Position numbers and translations under genes: made by a program. DNA of 51,260 nt from a candidate division FCPU426 bacterium (GTDB taxonomy: Bacteria; Oederibacteriota; JAJYGY01; DAIDJD01), in the NCBI GenBank assembly GCA_040389285.1, contig JAZKAF010000070.1, positions 1-51,260 of the forward strand, in the 5' to 3' direction. The notes under the pieces are model-generated. The model was given only the letters and a program-made list of their open reading frames with translations, had not been told where the DNA came from and made no database searches. Numbering within the stretch: position 1 is the stretch's first letter; each line of letters opens with the position of its first letter. Below are positions 38,974 to 47,566 of this stretch, piece after piece.

Positions 38974-40193
38974 CAGCGGGCCGCTCCGAGCTCGAATTTA
39001 TCGTGGATGGCACGCACCGCGGTCTCGACATCCTTTTCGCTGATCACGCAGGATATCTTTATCTCCGAGGTCGATATCATCTGGATATTGATGGACTTTT
39101 CGGCCAGCGCTTCGAACATGCGGGCCGCGACGCCCGAATGGGAGCGCATCCCGACGCCCACCACCGAGACTTTGCCGATATTCTCGTCGGTCGACACGCC
39201 GCCGGCGGACAATTCATCCGAAACGCTGCGCAGGACCTCCTGGGCTTTCTTAAGGTCGTTCTTGGCCACGGTGAAGGACAAGTTATTGATGCCCGCTTCG
39301 GAAACGTCCTGGACGATCATGTCCACATTGACCTCCGAGACGGCCAATGACTGGAAGACCTTGGCGGCGATGCCGGGTTTGTCGCGAACGCCCAACAGCG
39401 TTAGCTTGGCCTCATCCTTGTTATAAGTGACCCCTGAAACCAATACTTCTTCCATGCCTGTCGCCTCCTCGGTGATCATCGTTCCGGGCCCGCCATGAAA
39501 ACTGGACCGTACGTGGATGCGGACCCCATTCTTCTTAGCAAATTCGACCGACCGGGAATTCAGCACTTGCGCCCCGGAAGAGGCCATTTCGAGCATTTCC
39601 TCATAGGAGATCGCTTCCAGCTTGCGGGCGTCGGTCACGACCCTTGGATTGGCCGTGAAAACGCCGTCCACATCCTTATAAAACTCGCAGACATCGGCGT
39701 TGATCGCGGCCGCCAGGGCCACCGCCGTGAGGTCCGAGCCGCCGCGCCCCAAGGTCGTGATGTCCTGAGAAGCGGTCTGGCCCTGAAATCCGGCCACAAT
39801 GACGATCTTCCCCAGTTTCAGGGCGGTCCGGATCTTATCGTCGCCGATCTTGACGATGCGGGCCTTGCCATGGAACTCGTCGGTGATGATCCCCACCTGC
39901 GGTCCCGTGAACGAAATGGCGTCAAAACCAAGATCCTTGATGGCGATCGCCAACAAAGCGATGGACTGCTGTTCGCCCGTCGCAAGCAGGACATCCATCT
40001 CCCGTTCGTCAGGTTCCTCGGCGATCTGCCGCGCCAAGGCGATCAGATCGTCCGTGGTGTCTCCCGGCGCCGACACGACCACGACCAGGTCGTTGCCTTC
40101 CTGACGGGTCTTCACGATCCGCGCTCCCACCGCCTTCATCCGTTCTGGCGTGGCGACCGACGAACCTCCGTATTTCTGCACAACAAGTGCCAA
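38973..40193 (-). CDS. lysC: aspartate kinase (monofunctional, two ACT domains)
   Basis: 406 aa ([18 protein letters not shown]-terminal ACT pair). TTG start with AGGAGG 10 nt upstream. Confidence 0.93.
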   Translation of the reverse strand: MALVVQKYGGSSVATPERMKAVGARIVKTRQEGNDLVVVVSAPGDTTDDLIALARQIAEEPDEREMDVLLATGEQQSIALLAIAIKDLGFDAISFTGPQVGIITDEFHGKARIVKIGDDKIRTALKLGKIVIVAGFQGQTASQDITTLGRGGSDLTAVALAAAINADVCEFYKDVDGVFTANPRVVTDARKLEAISYEEMLEMASSGAQVLNSRSVEFAKKNGVRIHVRSSFHGGPGTMITEEATGMEEVLVSGVTYNKDEAKLTLLGVRDKPGIAAKVFQSLAVSEVNVDMIVQDVSEAGINNLSFTVAKNDLKKAQEVLRSVSDELSAGGVSTDENIGKVSVVGVGMRSHSGVAARMFEALAEKSINIQMISTSEIKISCVISEKDVETAVRAIHDKFELGAAR

Positions 40194-40215
40194 AGCTTCC
40201 TAGCCTCCTGATCGA

Positions 40216-41400
40216 TCAACCCTTGATAAAACGTCCCATCAGATCCCAGCCCTCGACAAGATGCCGGCCCGTCGAAAGGGCCGAGGCTTCGTCAAAGGGC
40301 AGTCCTGACCCGCTTGTGGCACGGCTGTCCCAGATGAAGTAGGGCACCGGCTCGAAGATATGGGTCTTCAGTTCGAGTGGGGTGGAATGGTCCGGAAGGA
40401 CCATGATCCGCAGGTCCTGGCCCTTGAGGGCCTCCAACATCGGTCCCAGCACCTTGGAATCGATCTCCTCGATCCCCTTGACCTTCACCGCGGCATCGCC
40501 TTTATGGCCCGCTTCATCCGTCACCTCGAAATGCAGGAACAGAAAATCCCGCTTTTTCAGGGCCTTGATGCCTGCTTCGGCCTTCCCTTTGAAATCGGTG
40601 TCGATCCAGCCCGTGGCGCCTGGAACCTCGACGACCTCGAGGCCGGCGTAGCGTCCCAGGCCTTTGATCAGATCGACCGCCGAGATGACCGATCCCTTGA
40701 CGCCGTAACGGGAATCGAAGCTCGGCAGCTCCATCCCTCGGCCCTGCCCCCAGAGCCAGATCATGTTGGCGGTCTTTTTTCCGGCCGCCCTGCGTTCCCG
40801 GTTGACCTCGTGGCCTTCCAAAAGGAAGGTCGAATCTTCCATCAGCTTGCGGAGTTCTTTGTTCTTCGCGCCCTGAGGCAGGTAGTCCGCGATCGGCTTG
40901 CCGCTGATGTCGTGCGGAGGGGTGCAGCGGGCGTTCTCAAACCCCGCCCCTTTGATCATCAGCAGATGGCGGTACTGGGTTCCCCCGGCAAACCTGACCC
41001 CTGGGGCGCCCAGACGCTTGTTCAGCATCTTGATCAATTCCCGGCCCGATTCGGTGTCCAAATGGCCGGCGCTGTAGTCGTCCATGACGCCGTCTTTGAC
41101 GTGAACGAGATTGCACCGGAATGCCGTCTCGCCTTTGGAGAGCTCCACGCCGAGGTTCTTCGCCTCGAGAGGCGCGCGTCCGGTGAAATATTTCCGGGGA
41201 TCGTAGCCCAGCACCGTCAGGTTGCCGACATCCGATCCCATGGGCAATTCCGCGACACCTGTGTTGAGCAAGCCCGTTTCACCCTGGGAACAAAGCCGGT
41301 CCATGTTCGGTTTCACCGCCACCTGCATGGGAGTCTTATTGCCCAGCCCGGGCTGAGGGTGGTCGGACATCCCGTCGCACAAGAGGACCAGGTATTTCAC
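40216..41400 (-). CDS. cofactor-independent phosphoglycerate mutase family protein (ApgM-like); candidate non-canonical homoserine kinase
   Basis: 394 aa (MKYLVLLCDGMSDHP..., alkaline-phosphatase-superfamily metal ligands). Embedded in the hom/thrC/lysC operon. The GTG start overlaps the TPR gene stop (GTGA). Confidence 0.75.
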   Translation of the reverse strand: MKYLVLLCDGMSDHPQPGLGNKTPMQVAVKPNMDRLCSQGETGLLNTGVAELPMGSDVGNLTVLGYDPRKYFTGRAPLEAKNLGVELSKGETAFRCNLVHVKDGVMDDYSAGHLDTESGRELIKMLNKRLGAPGVRFAGGTQYRHLLMIKGAGFENARCTPPHDISGKPIADYLPQGAKNKELRKLMEDSTFLLEGHEVNRERRAAGKKTANMIWLWGQGRGMELPSFDSRYGVKGSVISAVDLIKGLGRYAGLEVVEVPGATGWIDTDFKGKAEAGIKALKKRDFLFLHFEVTDEAGHKGDAAVKVKGIEEIDSKVLGPMLEALKGQDLRIMVLPDHSTPLELKTHIFEPVPYFIWDSRATSGSGLPFDEASALSTGRHLVEGWDLMGRFIKG

Positions 41401-42533
41401 TTCTTGCCGGCGTCCGAGCTCTGATATTGCTTTGGGATATGCTTGAGGAGCTCTTTCTGCTCGGCCTTCATCTCTTTAAGAGCCTGCTTGGCTTCCTTAT
41501 CGCGCTTATCGAGGACCAGGATATGCTCGTAGGTCTCTTTGGCCAGATCCAGGTCGTGATAGGCCCGGTAGGACTTGGCCAGGCCCTTCCACGCGTCCAT
41601 GAATTTAGGGTCCAGCTCAACGGCGATCTTATACTCGTCGATAGCCTTCTGCACCTCGACATGGGTCAGCGCCTTGTCCTTCTGCGCCCGGATCTCCTGC
41701 ACACGGGCGAAGACCACCTCGGCGAGGTTATAGTGGCCTCCCGCAAACTTCGGGTCGATCTCAACGGCCTGCCGACAATCGGCGAGGGCGTTATCCCAGT
41801 TGCCGTCATGCCAGGAAGCCACGCCCCGGTTGGAGTAGGCCTGGGCATAGTACTTGTTCTCGGCGATCGCTTTGGTGTATTGGTCGATCGCCTCGGGATA
41901 ACGCCCGATGATGTCATAAAGGCGTCCCAGCTCGTTGCGGGCTTCAGCGTAATCCGGGACCATGGTCAGGGTGGCTTCCAGATGGAGCATGGCGGCCTTC
42001 AGGTTCGGCTTGCCCTCGGTCTTCTTCAGCTCGAGATCGCGCAAGAGCACCCCGGTGCGGTAATGGGAATTGGCGACCGCCCGCTCGTCGTTCATCGGCG
42101 AGACCGCCAAAGCCTTGGCATACGCGGCCAAGGCGTCCATAAACTGGGTTTTCTGGAGCTTCTTGACGGCCTTTTCGTCGTCCTTGACCCGGTTGTCCAG
42201 GTGGATGTTCTCATAGCCCATACCGAGGTTATAAAGCGCCTCGGTGTAACGGGGGTTCATCTGGACAGCCTCTTTGAACTTGATGATGGCCTCAAAGATC
42301 TCTCCCTGGTTGAAAAGAGCTTCGCCCCACTTATTGTAGGCATCCCAGTAGTTTTTTTTCAGTTCCGCGGCCTGCCGGAACTGCTTGGCGGCTCCCTTCC
42401 AATCGTTTTCGCTGAAAAGCCGTTCACCCTTGCTGAAGGTCTCCTCAGCGCTGTCTTCAGCTAGGAGCGGGGCGGCCACAAAAAAAAGTGCCGCAGCCAA
42501 AAGTGCAAGCGTCCTGTGAATTTTCACCGTCAA
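41397..42533 (-). CDS. secreted TPR-repeat protein
   Basis: 378 aa. Sec-type signal peptide (LALLAAALFFVAAPLLA-ED), then 8 or more TPR-like repeats (...AYNKWGEALF..., YNLGMGY, AYSNRGVASW...). Confidence 0.75.
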   Translation of the reverse strand: MTVKIHRTLALLAAALFFVAAPLLAEDSAEETFSKGERLFSENDWKGAAKQFRQAAELKKNYWDAYNKWGEALFNQGEIFEAIIKFKEAVQMNPRYTEALYNLGMGYENIHLDNRVKDDEKAVKKLQKTQFMDALAAYAKALAVSPMNDERAVANSHYRTGVLLRDLELKKTEGKPNLKAAMLHLEATLTMVPDYAEARNELGRLYDIIGRYPEAIDQYTKAIAENKYYAQAYSNRGVASWHDGNWDNALADCRQAVEIDPKFAGGHYNLAEVVFARVQEIRAQKDKALTHVEVQKAIDEYKIAVELDPKFMDAWKGLAKSYRAYHDLDLAKETYEHILVLDKRDKEAKQALKEMKAEQKELLKHIPKQYQSSDAGKK

Positions 42534-42552
42534 ACCTCCAAAAAGTTGCGGT

Positions 42553-43629
42553 TCAAACCTTCAACAGCGCGGTCAATGCCTTCAGATCCGGGCGGACGAT
42601 CTTAGGACGGGGACTGTGCCCGATGGCGGTATCAGGATCCTTAAGGCCATTCCCTGTCAGGACGCAGACCACCTTCAGCTTCCGTTTCTTGGCCGTCCGA
42701 GCCCGCCTGAAATAGCCCTCTTTGGCCAACAGCCGCAGGCCCGCGATGCTGGCCGCTGACGCGGGCTCGCAGAAGACCCCCTCCAGCCTCGCGACCATAT
42801 GGTAGGCCTCCAAGATCTGGGCATCGCTCACCGCCTCAATGCGCCCGCCAGACTGTTCACGCGCCTCGACGGCGGTCTTCCATGACGCCGGATTGCCGAT
42901 GCGGATGGCTGTGGCGATGGTCTTCGGCGAAGGAACGACCTTGTTCCTTACGATCGGCGCGGCACCGGCCGCCTGAAAGCCGAGCATCACAGGCAGCCTT
43001 TTACTGAGTCCGACTTTCCTGGCCTCTTGGTAGCCCATCCAGTAGGCCGAGATATTCCCCGCGTTGCCCACCGGAATGCTGTGAAAATCCGGAGCCTGCC
43101 CGAGCTGTTCCAGGATCTCGAAGGCCGCCGTCTTCTGTCCCTGCAGGCGGTAAGGATTCACGGAGTTGACCAGCGTGATGGGCTGGCTGGCGCAGATCTG
43201 ACGCGCGAGTCCCAGAGCCTCGTCAAAATTTCCGTCGATCGCGATGACCCTGGCGCCGTGCACCAAGGCCTGGGCCAATTTCCCAAGGGCAATGGCGCCT
43301 TTCGGCACCAGCACAACGCACTTGATGCCGGCCCGCGCCGCATAAGCCGCCGCCGAAGCCGAGGTATTTCCAGTGGAAGCGCACAAGACCATGCGGCTTC
43401 CAGCTTCCACGGCCTTTGAAACGGCCATGGTCATGCCGCGATCCTTGAAAGATCCCGTTGGATTTTGTCCTTCGCACTTCAGGAAGATCTCGATATTGGG
43501 ATCGATCTGGGCGGACAGCCGCGGCGCCGGCAGCAGATCCGTGCTCCCTTCGTGCAAGGTGATCACCGGCGTCTTCGCGCTGACCGGCAGAAAACGGCGA
43601 TATTTATGGATCAGGCCCTGGTAGATCAT
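42553..43629 (-). CDS. thrC: threonine synthase
   Basis: 358 aa, PLP-lysine motif [10 protein letters not shown]. The ATG overlaps the hom stop (ATGA). Confidence 0.93.
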   Translation of the reverse strand: MIYQGLIHKYRRFLPVSAKTPVITLHEGSTDLLPAPRLSAQIDPNIEIFLKCEGQNPTGSFKDRGMTMAVSKAVEAGSRMVLCASTGNTSASAAAYAARAGIKCVVLVPKGAIALGKLAQALVHGARVIAIDGNFDEALGLARQICASQPITLVNSVNPYRLQGQKTAAFEILEQLGQAPDFHSIPVGNAGNISAYWMGYQEARKVGLSKRLPVMLGFQAAGAAPIVRNKVVPSPKTIATAIRIGNPASWKTAVEAREQSGGRIEAVSDAQILEAYHMVARLEGVFCEPASAASIAGLRLLAKEGYFRRARTAKKRKLKVVCVLTGNGLKDPDTAIGHSPRPKIVRPDLKALTALLKV

Positions 43630-44975
43630 GCTGAATAATTCTCCGGTATCTCCAAACGCATCACCAAGGTGCCCTGCTTGACCGCCGGGAGCGCCTCGAT
43701 AGTCGCTATGGCCTCTCGCATCGCTTTTTCGGTGGCGGTATACGTGGAAAGATAGACCGGCACCGAGCTTCCCTTTTGCCGCTCATTTTGGGCGACCGAC
43801 GAGATGGAAATGCCATGTTCCGCGAGGATGCTCGCGATCCTTGCCAAGACCCCGGGCTGATCCATGGCGGTGAAACGAAGGAAAAAGCGGTTGCGGATCT
43901 CGTCCGCCGGCACGATGCGACGGCTCTCGACGTGATCGACGTCATAGGCCACGGCCGGCACCTTTCCAGCCACCCCCACCGCGACGTTACGGGCTATATA
44001 GATGATGTCCGAGATCACCGCGCTGGCCGTGGGCATCTTCCCTGCGCCGCGCCCCGACAGCATGACCCGTCCCACCGCGTCGCCCGTCACCAAGATGCCG
44101 TTGTAGACACCCTCCACGCCCGCCAGAGGATGATCCAAGGGTATCAACGCGGGCACCACCTGGATCTCCAGGCCTGCGGCCGGCGCGCCCGATTCGTCCC
44201 TTGAGCGCGCGATGGCTAGATGCTTTACCGTGCAATTCATCTCGGTGCGGGCAGCGTCGATATCGGCCTTGGTGATGCCTCGAATGCCCTGGAGGTGGAT
44301 ATCTTCGATGCGGACCCTTTGGTCGAAGGCGATCGAGCTCAAGATGGCCAACTTATGGCAAGCGTCCGTGCCATCGATATCAAAACTGGGATCCGCCTCG
44401 GCATAGCCCTTTGCCTGAGCGTCTTTCAGGGACTTTTCAAAGGTCTGGCCGTAATGGGCCATCCCGGTCAGGATAAAATTGGTGGTCCCGTTGATGATGG
44501 CGGTTAATTCCTGGATCCGATTAGCGGCCAATCCGTCGTTGATCGCCTGCACGCATGGGATCCCAGCCCCCACGGAGGCTTCCAAATAGACTTCGACGCC
44601 CTTATCATGCGCGGCTTGAAATATCTCGTCCCAGTGCTTGGCCATGACCGCCTTGTTGGCGGTCACCACGTGTTTCCCCTTTGAAATGGCCTGCAGGATA
44701 TAGGTGCGGGCCGGCTCAAAGCCACCCATCAATTCGACCACAAGGTCGATCTCAGGATCGTCGAGGATATCGGAGGGCTTCTGGGTGATCTTGGTGGACG
44801 CGGGAACGGCGGAACGCGCCTTGGAAAGGTCCCTTACCAAGGCCGCTTTGATCTCCAATTGGGCGCCAACCCGGCTTTCGATGTGCTGGCGGTTCTTTTC
44901 CAGCAATTCAGCCACACCGCTCCCAACGGTCCCCAGGCCCAAAAGGCCTATTACGATTTTTTTCTTTCTAGCCAT
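43626..44975 (-). CDS. hom: homoserine dehydrogenase (with C-terminal ACT domain)
   Basis: 449 aa ([16 protein letters not shown] site, TANKA, C-terminal ACT region [16 protein letters not shown]). Confidence 0.93.
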   Translation of the reverse strand: MARKKKIVIGLLGLGTVGSGVAELLEKNRQHIESRVGAQLEIKAALVRDLSKARSAVPASTKITQKPSDILDDPEIDLVVELMGGFEPARTYILQAISKGKHVVTANKAVMAKHWDEIFQAAHDKGVEVYLEASVGAGIPCVQAINDGLAANRIQELTAIINGTTNFILTGMAHYGQTFEKSLKDAQAKGYAEADPSFDIDGTDACHKLAILSSIAFDQRVRIEDIHLQGIRGITKADIDAARTEMNCTVKHLAIARSRDESGAPAAGLEIQVVPALIPLDHPLAGVEGVYNGILVTGDAVGRVMLSGRGAGKMPTASAVISDIIYIARNVAVGVAGKVPAVAYDVDHVESRRIVPADEIRNRFFLRFTAMDQPGVLARIASILAEHGISISSVAQNERQKGSSVPVYLSTYTATEKAMREAIATIEALPAVKQGTLVMRLEIPENYSA

Positions 44976-45002
44976 GAATACCCGTCAAAAAACAGAAAAT
45001 TC

Positions 45003-45032
45003 ATTATATACAAGGCTTTTAGCGTCCGTCAA
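45003..45032 (-). promoter_or_regulatory. sigma70-like promoter for the hom-thrC...DUF366 operon
   Basis: On the minus strand: TTGACG (45032-45027), 18 nt, TATAAT (45008-45003), about 28 nt upstream of the hom ATG. Confidence 0.55.
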
Positions 45033-45049
45033 CGGCGGCTAGGCCGTGC

Positions 45050-45091
45050 CTTTGAAATAAATAAGCCCCTTTCGGGTGCCAAAAGGGGCTT
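45050..45091 (-). terminator. intrinsic terminator after the ABC permease pair
   Basis: 10-bp stem AAGCCCCTTT/AAAGGGGCTT with a 9-nt loop, followed on the minus strand by AUUUAUUU. Confidence 0.6.
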
Positions 45092-45130
45092 AATCAGGGA
45101 CCTAAAAACCTGCCGAGCGAGCTTGCCGGA

Positions 45131-46066
45131 TCAGCCCTTCAGGCCGGTTGTGGCGATGCCCTGGATAAAATATTTCTGTCCGATGAAAAACAGGACCAAG
45201 ATAGGCATCAAAACCACGGTGCTGGCAGCCATCAAAAGATGGGTCTTATTGCCGTAAAGCGACGAAAATTGGGTCAATCCTATGGCCAGGGTGAAATCCC
45301 GGGTGTCTTTCAAATAGATCATCGGATTCAGGAAGTCATTCCAGTTATATACGATGGCGAAAATGCTGATGGTGACCAAGGCCGGCATTGAAAGCGGGAG
45401 CAGGATCCGCCAAAAGATCCCCAAGGTGGAACATCCATCGATCTTGGCGGCCTCATCCAGTTCGACCGGAACGCTCATGAAAAACTGCCGCAATAAAAAG
45501 ATATTGAACGCCCCTCCCAGCCACGATGGCACGATCAACGGCAAAAAAGTCCCGACCCAGCCAAGGGCGCTATAAAGGATGTAGGTCGGGATCATCGTGA
45601 CCTGCGCCGGCACCAGCATGGTGGAGATGAGCAACAAGAACAGCGCGTTGCGCCCGGGAAAGCGCAGTCTTGCGAATCCATAAGCGACCAAAGCGCCCGA
45701 AAGCACGGCGCCGGTGGTGGAGCAGATGGTGATGATCACCGTGTTCCAGAGGTAGATCCAGAAGGATTCCTTCTCTCCAAAGAAATTCTGGACATCGGTC
45801 CAAAAATCGCCGCTATGGCTGGGCAGCCCCTGAAGATACCAGGCATCCCTGAAATTTTGCCACTGCCAATCCACCCGGAACGGAGGATTTTGGAAGACGT
45901 TCTGGGGTTCCTTCAAGGAAACGCATACCATCCAGACTAAAGGCAGCATCATCACAAAGGACAGCAATAAGATCACGGTGAACGCCAAGGTCCCGCGCAG
46001 CGCCGCCAAGCGACGCTTGCTCGCCCAAAAATCATAGCCCGCGGGTTTGGAGGCGGAGGAGCTCAA
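45131..46066 (-). CDS. carbohydrate-type ABC transporter permease (MalG-like)
   Basis: 311 aa, 6 TM segments, EAA loop VELDEAAKIDGCSTLGIFWRILLP. Confidence 0.85.
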   Translation of the reverse strand: MSSSASKPAGYDFWASKRRLAALRGTLAFTVILLLSFVMMLPLVWMVCVSLKEPQNVFQNPPFRVDWQWQNFRDAWYLQGLPSHSGDFWTDVQNFFGEKESFWIYLWNTVIITICSTTGAVLSGALVAYGFARLRFPGRNALFLLLISTMLVPAQVTMIPTYILYSALGWVGTFLPLIVPSWLGGAFNIFLLRQFFMSVPVELDEAAKIDGCSTLGIFWRILLPLSMPALVTISIFAIVYNWNDFLNPMIYLKDTRDFTLAIGLTQFSSLYGNKTHLLMAASTVVLMPILVLFFIGQKYFIQGIATTGLKG

Positions 46067-47022
46067 TTTTTTACCTCGCCTTCATAGTAAACCCACCCGG
46101 AAAACTTGAACTGCAGCATCGTGGCGCCCAGGATGATCAAGAACAGTATCCAGGCCATGGCGGAAGCATAACCAAAATGATGGAATTGGAAGGCCTGTTG
46201 ATAGATATAAAGCACGAAGAATAGAGCCGCATCCGCAGGCGACCCATTGCCACCGGACAGGATATAGGCCTGGGTGAAGATCTGAAATGACCCCACGATC
46301 GTCAGGATCAGGTTAAAAAAGATCACCGGCGACAGCATCGGCATGGTCACGTTCAAGAACTGCTGCCAGGAGCTGGCTCCGTCGATATCGGCGGCCTCAT
46401 AGAGCTGCTCCGGGATGCCCTGCAGTCCGGCTAGGTAGATGATCATCCCCGATCCGATGCCCCAAAGGCTCATCACCACGTAGGCGGTCTTCACCCATCG
46501 CGGATTCGCGAGCCATTCCGGTCCCTGGAAACTGATCTGCCCAAAATGGAAGATCCAGCGAGCCGGCTCGGCAATAAAATTCAGGAGGATGCCGAGATGT
46601 TCGATCAGGTAATTGAACAGGCCGTATTGAGGCTGAAAGATATAGAACCATAATAACGTCGAGGCGACGCCGGCTGTGACTGACGGCAGATAAAAAATGG
46701 TCCGAAACAAGGCGATGGATTTTAGCTTCTGATTCATGAGCAGCGCGATCAAGATCCCGCCCGTCATGATGAGGGGCACGGAGCCCAGCGTATAGACGAA
46801 GGTGTTATAGACGCTCTTCGGAAAACGCTCGTCCGAAGCCATATTTTTGAAATTATCGAGTCCCACCCATCGGATGGCTTCCACGCCGCCGATGCCGTTC
46901 CAATCCGCAAAAGACAGGAGCAGTGAAAAAAGGATAGGACCCGCCAAAAGGCAGGTGAATCCTAGGAGCCAGGGGGAGATAAAGAGGTATCCGGTCAGGC
47001 CCTCTTTGGTCGAGGCCTTCAT
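46063..47022 (-). CDS. carbohydrate-type ABC transporter permease (MalF-like)
   Basis: 319 aa, EAA loop LYEAADIDGASSWQQFLNVTMP. 4-nt overlap with the downstream permease gene. Confidence 0.85.
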   Translation of the reverse strand: MKASTKEGLTGYLFISPWLLGFTCLLAGPILFSLLLSFADWNGIGGVEAIRWVGLDNFKNMASDERFPKSVYNTFVYTLGSVPLIMTGGILIALLMNQKLKSIALFRTIFYLPSVTAGVASTLLWFYIFQPQYGLFNYLIEHLGILLNFIAEPARWIFHFGQISFQGPEWLANPRWVKTAYVVMSLWGIGSGMIIYLAGLQGIPEQLYEAADIDGASSWQQFLNVTMPMLSPVIFFNLILTIVGSFQIFTQAYILSGGNGSPADAALFFVLYIYQQAFQFHHFGYASAMAWILFLIILGATMLQFKFSGWVYYEGEVKN

Positions 47023-47075
47023 AAAGAGACGCTGATCATGTCTATTTTTTACCCCAAAAGCCGAAAAGTTAAGGA

Positions 47076-47104
47076 ATCATAAAGACAAAAGCGCACACCG
47101 TCAA
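47076..47104 (-). promoter_or_regulatory. sigma70-like promoter upstream of the permease pair
   Basis: On the minus strand: TTGACG (47104-47099), 17 nt, TATGAT (47081-47076), in the 86-bp aroQ-permease gap. Confidence 0.45.
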
Positions 47105-47108
47105 CGCC

Positions 47109-47540
47109 TTATATGCCTGCAGCAGCACGCAAGGCCAACTCGTAGGATCTGGGGCCAAATCCGCTGATCTGGCCGATCGCCACCGCAGCGACCATGGAGT
47201 GCCTGCGAAATTCCTCACGCCGATAGATGTTCGAGAGGTGGACCTCGATCGTGGGTAATTTTACCGCCGAAATGGCGTCCGGGATCGCCACCGAGGTGTG
47301 GGTATAGGCCGCGGGGTTGATGATGATAACGTCCGCCTTGCCAACCGCGCCTTGGATGGCCTCCACCAATTCCCCTTCGTGGTTCGACTGAAATATATTC
47401 AGCTCGACCCCCAATTCGGCCGCCAAGTCCGTCAGCCCCTTATTGATGGCCTCCAAGGAACTTTTTCCGTAGATATCGGTTTCACGGGTTCCAAGCATGT
47501 TTAAATTCGGCCCGTGGAGCAGTAAGATCTTTTTTTTCAT
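47109..47540 (-). CDS. aroQ: 3-dehydroquinate dehydratase, type II
   Basis: 143 aa ([36 protein letters not shown]). Confidence 0.95.
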   Translation of the reverse strand: MKKKILLLHGPNLNMLGTRETDIYGKSSLEAINKGLTDLAAELGVELNIFQSNHEGELVEAIQGAVGKADVIIINPAAYTHTSVAIPDAISAVKLPTIEVHLSNIYRREEFRRHSMVAAVAIGQISGFGPRSYELALRAAAGI

Positions 47541-47566
47541 GACCTGCCTCTAAAGGGTTTTCAGGA

